Shown piece after piece: positions 18,526 to 24,545 of a stretch of 64,000 nucleotides of DNA (position 1 is the first letter of the stretch; each line of letters starts with the position of its first letter). Origin of the DNA: an uncultured Desulfuromonadales bacterium (GTDB lineage: Bacteria > Desulfobacterota > Desulfuromonadia > Geobacterales > CAIOGM01). The stretch is from positions 15,756 to 79,755 of the forward strand of contig CAIYUY010000152.1 in the NCBI GenBank assembly GCA_903929485.1. The letters run 5' to 3'. The notes beneath the pieces were generated by a model. The model was not told where the DNA came from. It ran no database searches and worked only from the letters and a program-made list of their open reading frames with translations. The position numbers and the translations under genes were made by a program.

Positions 18526-19352
18526 ACGGTTCATTGGCAGTTGTCGTAGGAATTCATTGGGGAGCGGTTATCCTGTATGTCCTGGCGACGATCATGTTCA
18601 TCGTCGGGCAGTTTTTTGAAAAACCACGGTTTGTCCGTCGGGGGCTGCAGGTAGCCGTACCCGGTCTGCTGCTCCATGGCGCCGGTTTGCTTATCTGGTG
18701 GCGGATGGTGGGCCATGGTCCCTATATCGACCGTTTCGAGGTTCTCTCGTCCAACGCCTGGATTCTGCTCTGCGCCTTTCTCCTGTTCAGTATACCGTAT
18801 CCTCGTTTGAAGGGGGTTGGCATCATCGTCTTTCCCGCCACCTTCATTCTTGTGGCTCTGGGGCTCTTCTTCAATCCGGAGATCAAGACACTTCCTCCAA
18901 CCTTTAGGAGTGTCTGGCTGGTGCTGCATATCATCTTCTACAAGATCGCCTTCTCATCCATCATCATCGCCTTTGCCTATTCGCTTTTCTTTCTTCTGAT
19001 CAAGCGAAATCGACTGAAACGGCTGGTTCGGGTGCTTCCGGATCTCCCCGGAATCGACATGTATGCGTACCGTTTCGCCGGCTTCGGATTTACCTTCTGG
19101 GCCATCGGCATGCTGGCCGGCTCCATCTGGGCGTATCAATCCTGGGGGAGCTTCTGGAACTGGGATCCGGTTCAAACCTGGTCGTTGGTCACCTGGGGGG
19201 TATTTGGCATCTATCTTCATTTGCGACGCTTTTTTGCCTGGCAGGGGGAGCGGGCGGCCTGGCTCTACACCGTCTGCTTTGTTCTCACCATTGTCTCGCT
19301 CTTTTTGACGCCCCTGTTCCAGTCGTCTATTCATGCGGAATATTTTAAATAG
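18522..19352 (+). CDS. ccsA: Cytochrome c biogenesis haem-handling protein CcsA/ResC (System II)
   Basis: 276 aa. Tryptophan-rich WWD-type motif WAYQSWGSFWNWDPVQTWSLVTW followed by LHLR. Confidence 0.85.
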   Translation: MNGSLAVVVGIHWGAVILYVLATIMFIVGQFFEKPRFVRRGLQVAVPGLLLHGAGLLIWWRMVGHGPYIDRFEVLSSNAWILLCAFLLFSIPYPRLKGVGIIVFPATFILVALGLFFNPEIKTLPPTFRSVWLVLHIIFYKIAFSSIIIAFAYSLFFLLIKRNRLKRLVRVLPDLPGIDMYAYRFAGFGFTFWAIGMLAGSIWAYQSWGSFWNWDPVQTWSLVTWGVFGIYLHLRRFFAWQGERAAWLYTVCFVLTIVSLFLTPLFQSSIHAEYFK

Positions 19353-19361
19353 GTTATTCCT

Positions 19362-20408
19362 TTGACCCTCAGCAGAGCATTGAAACTTGTCAGGGTGTTC
19401 CGGAGGATGAGCCTCCGCCAGCCTACTTTTGTCAGTTACAATATCTCCAACGTCTGCAACGAAGCCTGCCCCATGTGCTCGGTCTGGCAACGTGGCAGTG
19501 TCAAGGAACTCTCAGTTTCCGATATGGAGAGGATTTTTCTCGACTTGAAGCGGTTCGGTTTCATGGTGGCCGAGATATCCGGAGGCGAACCGTTCCTGCG
19601 CCGTGATCTCTTTGACGCCTTCGCCATGTTGGATCGGATCGGTTTTTTGTATACGACCGCCACCAATGGGACCTTGCTGACCCCTGAATCCATCAAGCGA
19701 CTGAGCTCGTGCCAGGGGTTGTTGCAACTGGCGGTGAGCATCGACTCCCTGGATCGTGTAACTTACCAACGTTTGCGGGGAAGAGACCTGCTGCCGAAGC
19801 TTCTGGAGAACATCGACCTGCTGGCCCAAGCAGGACTACCCATGCCGGTGAAGCTCAACCTGGTTATGAATCGTTTCAACTACCGGGAAACGATGGCCAT
19901 ACTCGCCTATGCCGCGTCGCGTAAACTTGCTCTTTCGGTCTTTCCCGTAAATCTGGGTGACGGTTTTCTGCATCGCTCCAATCCTCATGAATATCTTCCC
20001 AACCCGGTGGAACGGCGGGAGATGGCCGAACTCTTCAGGGAACTGGCGAGGATGAGGAGGAGAGGGGAGTCGCTCTGGGAATACAGCGGGTTCTATGAAA
20101 AAGCAGCGGATTATGTGGAAGGTCGACCGGTGGGACCCTGTGACGCGGGTGCTCTTTATATGGATCTGCATGCGGGGGGTGATATCTCGGTCTGCGTCGA
20201 TCAACCGGTGATAGCGGATCTCCGCGGCAACAGCATAGCGGATATCTGGCCTAAGCTCATGGCACAGCGGGAAGCGGTGCTCAGTTGTTCAACGACAACC
20301 CCCTGTTTCTATACGTGTACCTACAATATTTCCATTACCGCCAGAAACGAAGCATCTTTTTTTCGGGAAACAGCTTCTGTCGCCCTACGACGCCTGGTGG
20401 GGGTCTGA
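19362..20408 (+). CDS. Radical SAM enzyme with a C-terminal SPASM/twitch-like Cys cluster
   Basis: CxxxCxxC motif (NVCNEACPMC). GGEPFL SAM-binding motif. The C-terminus reads GPCDAG...GDISVCVD...CSTTTPCFYTC. The TTG start is uncertain. It begins 9 nt after the ccsA stop. Confidence 0.7.
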   Translation: MTLSRALKLVRVFRRMSLRQPTFVSYNISNVCNEACPMCSVWQRGSVKELSVSDMERIFLDLKRFGFMVAEISGGEPFLRRDLFDAFAMLDRIGFLYTTATNGTLLTPESIKRLSSCQGLLQLAVSIDSLDRVTYQRLRGRDLLPKLLENIDLLAQAGLPMPVKLNLVMNRFNYRETMAILAYAASRKLALSVFPVNLGDGFLHRSNPHEYLPNPVERREMAELFRELARMRRRGESLWEYSGFYEKAADYVEGRPVGPCDAGALYMDLHAGGDISVCVDQPVIADLRGNSIADIWPKLMAQREAVLSCSTTTPCFYTCTYNISITARNEASFFRETASVALRRLVGV

Positions 20409-20543
20409 AGAAATTCGGACGGTTATTGAAGATAGTTGCATACAAAGTTGAAAACATATGCTAGAATGCGCTGTTCTTTAAAGTATGACCCCCTGGGTTT
20501 TTAGAGCGTTGGGGGTTTTTTAATGGAAGTGAGGTGAGTTAGA

Positions 20544-20744
20544 GTGATTATTGCCGTTCATAACAATGACATCGAGAGGGCGCTGCGCGACCTCAAGCGG
20601 ATGGTACAGCGTGAAGGGCTCATGCGTGAGCTGAAACGCCGCACTGCCTATGAAAAACCGTCCATCAAGAAAAAACGGAAAAGCCTGGAAGCTGAGCGCC
20701 GTCGTCGTAAGGCCCTGCGTCGGAAGAGACCGGAGAGAGATTAG
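20544..20744 (+). CDS. rpsU: 30S ribosomal protein S21
   Basis: 66 aa with a GTG start. DIERALRDLKRMVQREGLMRELKRRTAYEKPS and a basic tail are typical of S21. GAGGTGAG lies upstream. Confidence 0.85.
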   Translation: MIIAVHNNDIERALRDLKRMVQREGLMRELKRRTAYEKPSIKKKRKSLEAERRRRKALRRKRPERD

Positions 20745-20862
20745 GTTCTAGGTTCTAGGTTCTAGGTTCAAGGTTCAAGGTTCAAGGTTCAAGGTTATCC
20801 TTTCACCTTTCACCTTTCACCTTTCACCTTTCACCTTTCACCTTTCACCTTTCACCTTTCAC
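20742..20862 (+). repeat. Back-to-back heptanucleotide tandem arrays: 4x TAGGTTC, 3x AAGGTTC and AAGGTTA, then 9x CTTTCAC
   Basis: Counted base by base. The first unit contains the rpsU stop codon. The arrays lie between the stop and the terminator at 20909. Confidence 0.95.
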
Positions 20863-20908
20863 GCAGTTAACAATTGCTGTTCCCGGAAAAAGACGACACA
20901 ATGTGTAG

Positions 20909-20936
20909 GCCCCGGAAAAGTTCCGGGGCTTTTTTT
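20909..20936 (+). terminator. Rho-independent terminator downstream of rpsU and the repeat arrays
   Basis: 9-bp stem GCCCCGGAA/TTCCGGGGC with loop AAG, followed by a T7 run. Confidence 0.8.
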
Positions 20937-20966
20937 CATTCGGAGCACCGAAAAAGAAGGAAACGT

Positions 20967-22280
20967 ATGCATTTCAAAAAGTTTAACCTCCATCCCCATG
21001 TTACGGCCGGTGTCACTGCCGCCGGTTACGTCACTCCTACCCCCATTCAGGACCAGGCAATTCCTCCGGTCATGGCGGGGCGTGATGTCATGGGGTTGGC
21101 TCAGACGGGAACCGGCAAGACCGCCGCCTTTGCCTTGCCGATCCTCCATCGGTTGGAGCAGGGAGAGCGTGGTGTTGTCCGTGCCCTCATCATCGCCCCA
21201 ACCCGTGAACTGGCGGAACAGATTAACGAGGCCATCACCGATCTGGGAAGACAGACCCGCCTGAAGAGCATGACTGTCTATGGCGGCGTCAATATTAATC
21301 CGCAGATGGACAAGCTGAGACGGGGAGTGGAGATTGTCGTTGCCTGTCCCGGTCGGCTTCTCGACCATATCTCCCAAGGGACCATCGATCTGTCTCGTCT
21401 GGAGATTCTGGTGCTGGACGAGGCCGATCAGATGTTCGACATGGGATTTTTACCCGACATCAAGCGGATCCTGGCCAAACTTCCCCGGCAGCGACAGACC
21501 CTTCTCTTTTCCGCCACCATGCCCACGGCAATCCGGGGGTTGGCCAGGGAGATCCTCAGCGACCCGGTTACGGTTCAGGTGGGACATACCGCGCCTCCCG
21601 TGACGGTAAGCCACGCCCTCTATCCGGTGGAGCAGCATATCAAGACCCCGCTGCTCCTGGAACTTCTGCATCATACCGACACCGACTCAGTGTTGATCTT
21701 TACCAGGACAAAGCATCGCGCCAAACGGTTGGGGGAGCAGTTGGAAAAGGCCGGCTACAAGGCTGCATCCCTGCAGGGAAACCTTTCCCAGAACCGACGG
21801 CAGGCAGCCCTGGACGGATTCCGTGACGGCACGTTTCAGATCCTGGTGGCCACGGACATTGCCGCTCGGGGGATCGACGTCTCCCTCATATCTCATGTGG
21901 TCAACTACGATATTCCCGATACTCCCGAGGCCTATATTCATCGTATCGGTCGTACCGGACGGGCTGCCAAGAGTGGTGACGCCTTCACCTTGGTGACTTC
22001 CGAGGATACGATGATGGTGAAGGCCATAGAGAGAACCCTCAATGCTCCCCTGGAGCGGCGGACCGTGCCGGGTTTCGACTACGCTGTTCCGGCTCCTCGC
22101 AAGGATGTGGAATTTGCTCGCCCTCCCCGGGAACCACAGGTTCGCAAACCTGCCGGTGACAAGAAGGGGGCCGCTCCCAAGACAAACAGTTCCGTCAGGC
22201 CTCGCAGCGCCGGTTCCGGCGCCCATACCGCCGCCGCTCCCTCCCGGAACGCCACCGGTCAAACCCGTCGCCCGCGATAA
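20967..22280 (+). CDS. rhlE: DEAD-box ATP-dependent RNA helicase (RhlE-like)
   Basis: I chose the start MHFKKFNL, which has GAAGGA upstream and lies after the terminator. Motifs present: AQTGTGKT, PTRELA, DEAD, SAT, HRIGRTGR, plus a basic C-terminal tail. Confidence 0.85.
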   Translation: MHFKKFNLHPHVTAGVTAAGYVTPTPIQDQAIPPVMAGRDVMGLAQTGTGKTAAFALPILHRLEQGERGVVRALIIAPTRELAEQINEAITDLGRQTRLKSMTVYGGVNINPQMDKLRRGVEIVVACPGRLLDHISQGTIDLSRLEILVLDEADQMFDMGFLPDIKRILAKLPRQRQTLLFSATMPTAIRGLAREILSDPVTVQVGHTAPPVTVSHALYPVEQHIKTPLLLELLHHTDTDSVLIFTRTKHRAKRLGEQLEKAGYKAASLQGNLSQNRRQAALDGFRDGTFQILVATDIAARGIDVSLISHVVNYDIPDTPEAYIHRIGRTGRAAKSGDAFTLVTSEDTMMVKAIERTLNAPLERRTVPGFDYAVPAPRKDVEFARPPREPQVRKPAGDKKGAAPKTNSSVRPRSAGSGAHTAAAPSRNATGQTRRPR

Positions 22281-22338
22281 ACTACTCGCGCAGAGACGCA
22301 GAGACGTAAGGTGGTTTGTAAAAAAATAACCAACCGTC

Positions 22339-22409
22339 TGTCATCTTGAGCAACGCGAAGATACCGTTATCGAAGTCAAGCAGATTCTTCGCTATCGCTC
22401 GGAATGACA
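22339..22409. repeat. Imperfect palindromic intergenic element
   Basis: Arms TGTCATCTTGAGCAACGCGAAGA and TCTTCGCTATCGCTCGGAATGACA. Related direct repeats flank it: CGCAGAGACGCAGAGACG at 22289..22306 and CGCAGAAACGCAGAGAACG at 22458..22476. Confidence 0.7.
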
Positions 22410-22500
22410 AATTTTGGAATTTGAGGGTATCGTCTTTGTTGCGAAGCACCTGAATGTCGCAGAAACGCAGAGAACGTCAAATGATAGTTCCTTATACGAA

Positions 22501-22541
22501 ACGAGCCGCACCCCCAAGGGGAGTGCGGCTCGTTTTCATTT
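22501..22541. terminator. Bidirectional terminator between the convergent rhlE and fumarase genes
   Basis: 11-bp stem ACGAGCCGCAC/GTGCGGCTCGT. T-rich runs flank it on both strands. Confidence 0.7.
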
Positions 22542-22547
22542 TACGCT

Positions 22548-22583
22548 AAAACCTCAACCTCAACCTTTACCTCAACCTGTCTC
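22548..22583 (-). repeat. Hexanucleotide AGGTTG-type tandem repeats directly after the fumarase stop codon
   Basis: The minus strand reads AGGTTG AGGTAA AGGTTG AGGTTG AGGTTT. They sit between the stop (22584) and the terminator, the same stop/repeat/terminator layout as rpsU. Confidence 0.8.
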
Positions 22584-24209
22584 TCAAAGCCCCAGTTGCT
22601 GGAAAAAGTCGTTTCCCTTGTCATCCACAAGGATGAAGGCCGGGAAATTTTCCACTTCGATCTTCCAGACTGCTTCCATCCCCAGTTCCGGGAAGTCGAT
22701 GCACTCTACCTTCCTGATGTGTTCCTCGGCCAGTACCGCAGCCGGACCGCCGATGGAGCCAAGGTAGAAGCCGCCGTGCTTATGACAGGCGTCGGTCACC
22801 TGTTGGCTCCGGTTCCCCTTGGCGATCATGATCAGACTGGCCCCCTTGGACTGGAGCAGATCCACATAGGAGTCCATTCGTCCCGCTGTGGTAGGACCGA
22901 AAGAACCGGAGGGTTTCCCTGCCGGGGTCTTTGCCGGACCGGCGTAGTAGATGGGGTGAGTGAGAAGGTATTCCGGAACCGGTTTGCCCGAGTCCAGGAG
23001 TTCCTTGAACTTGGCGTGAGCGATATCGCGCCCCACCACGATGGTTCCGTTCAGCAGGAGTGGTGTGGAGACGGGGTGTTTGCTCAGTTCGGCCAGGATC
23101 TCCTTCATGGGGAGGTTCAGGTTTATCTTCACGCCATGGCTATGCTTGCCCCGGTATTCCTTTGGAATCAGGCGACCCGGATTGCGGTCCATCTCTTCCA
23201 GAAAGAGACCGTCCCGGGTAATTTTTGCCTTGATATTCCGGTCCGCGGAGCAGGAGACCGCCATCCCCAGCGGACAGGAAGCTCCGTGTCGTGGAAGCCT
23301 GATGACCCTGATATCATGTGCGAAGTGTTTTCCGCCGAACTGGGCGCCGATACCCAGCTTCCGGGCCGCTTCGAGAAGTTTCGCTTCCAGTTCCAAGTCA
23401 CGGAATGCCTGGCCATGTTCGTTCCCGCTCGTGGGGAGGCCATCCAACTCCTTGGCGGATGCCAGCTTTACGGTCTTCATGACTGCATCGGCGGAGGTAC
23501 CCCCCACCACGATGGCTATATGATAGGGGGGGCAGGCGGCTGTCCCCAGGTACTTCATCTTGTCGATGATAAATTTTTCCAGCTTCTCCGGAGTGAGGAG
23601 CGCCTTGGTCTCCTGGAAGAGCATGGTCTTGTTGGCGGACCCACCACCCTTGGCCATGAAGAGAAACTTGTAATAGTCACCGTCGGTGGCCATGATGTCA
23701 ATCTGGGCAGGAAGATTGGTCCCGGTGTTTATTTCCTCATACATGTCCAGAGCCACGGTCTTGGAGTAGCGGAGGTTTTCTGTTGTATAGGTCTTATATA
23801 TCCCCTTGCTGAGCCACTCTTCATCCCTGACGCCGGTCCAGATCTGCTGACCCTTTTTGGCCAACACCAGTGCCGTGCCGGTATCCTGGCAGGTGGGAAG
23901 TTCGAAGTTTGCGGAGATCTCGGCATTCCGGAGGAATGCCAGTGCAACACCCTTGTCGTTCATGGAAGCTTCGGGATCGGAAAGAATAGCGGCAACCTGC
24001 TCGTTATGAGCGGGGCGAAGCAGAAAAGCGACATCACGCATGGCTTCGTTGGCCAGGATGGAGAGCGCCTCGGGACAGACCCGGATCATATCCTTGCCGG
24101 CGAACTTTTCCACGAGGATATACTTCTCCGATCCTTCGATCTTGCGGTACGTTGTCTCGTCCTTGGCCAGGGGGAACGGTTCCTGGTACTGAAATTCAGG
24201 AGTTGCCAT
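22584..24209 (-). CDS. fumA: Class I (Fe-S) fumarate hydratase
   Basis: 541 aa starting [14 protein letters not shown], with AGGAGA upstream. It looks nearly collinear with E. coli FumA/FumB as I remember those sequences ([50 protein letters not shown]). Confidence 0.9.
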   Translation of the reverse strand: MATPEFQYQEPFPLAKDETTYRKIEGSEKYILVEKFAGKDMIRVCPEALSILANEAMRDVAFLLRPAHNEQVAAILSDPEASMNDKGVALAFLRNAEISANFELPTCQDTGTALVLAKKGQQIWTGVRDEEWLSKGIYKTYTTENLRYSKTVALDMYEEINTGTNLPAQIDIMATDGDYYKFLFMAKGGGSANKTMLFQETKALLTPEKLEKFIIDKMKYLGTAACPPYHIAIVVGGTSADAVMKTVKLASAKELDGLPTSGNEHGQAFRDLELEAKLLEAARKLGIGAQFGGKHFAHDIRVIRLPRHGASCPLGMAVSCSADRNIKAKITRDGLFLEEMDRNPGRLIPKEYRGKHSHGVKINLNLPMKEILAELSKHPVSTPLLLNGTIVVGRDIAHAKFKELLDSGKPVPEYLLTHPIYYAGPAKTPAGKPSGSFGPTTAGRMDSYVDLLQSKGASLIMIAKGNRSQQVTDACHKHGGFYLGSIGGPAAVLAEEHIRKVECIDFPELGMEAVWKIEVENFPAFILVDDKGNDFFQQLGL

Positions 24210-24243
24210 AATAAGTGATTCTCCTTTCAAAAATTATAAAACT

Positions 24244-24270
24244 GTGAATGGTGAATGGTGAAGGGCGAAC
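24244..24270. repeat. Short heptamer array GTGAATG GTGAATG GTGAAGG (reverse complement of the CCTTCAC family)
   Basis: Read directly. It lies 35-60 nt upstream of the fumA start, in the divergent intergenic region. Confidence 0.8.
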
Positions 24271-24382
24271 AAATCGGTGGCATGGTAGAGAAAATCATGC
24301 TGAAAGTCAAATGGTGAATGAACCGGAAATCGTTTTAGGCTATTTGCCGAAGTTCGTGATTTGCGAGTTTGAGCCGGATATT

Positions 24383-24418
24383 TCAACCTGAAACCTTGAA
24401 CCTTGAACCTGTGATCCT
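24383..24418. repeat. Heptamer array TCAACCT GAAACCT TGAACCT TGAACCT (reverse complement of the AGGTTCA family)
   Basis: Read directly. The unit matches the array after rpsU but in inverted orientation. Confidence 0.8.
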
Positions 24419-24545
24419 TGCCTCCTTCCTTTTAGTTCTTGATACGCAGTTGCCGCCGATATATAGTGCTGTCTTCAATTCGGGACCGGACCGCGATCCG
24501 GCGTCTCCCGGTTCGTTCAAGGAGAGCATTTCAAGGAGATTTGCA

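Noticed and set aside
20742-20862. Possible CRISPR array (also 49197..49320)
   Set aside because: The units are 7 nt with no intervening unique spacers, and no cas genes are present. These are microsatellite-like tandem repeats, not CRISPRs.
20874-20966. 31-codon N-terminal extension of the helicase ORF
   Set aside because: It would start inside or upstream of the rpsU terminator hairpin. The ATG at 20967 has a proper RBS and a typical DEAD-box N-terminus.
22596-24218. 540-aa ORF on the plus strand spanning the whole fumarase gene
   Set aside because: The minus-strand product looks collinear with class I fumarases over its full length. The plus-strand translation has no recognisable motif. 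Long stop-free antisense frames are expected in GC-rich coding DNA.
24369-24545. 59-codon N-terminal extension of the Wza-like ORF
   Set aside because: The extension runs through the heptamer repeats and lacks an RBS. The internal ATG at 24546 has AGGAGA upstream and is followed by a signal peptide.
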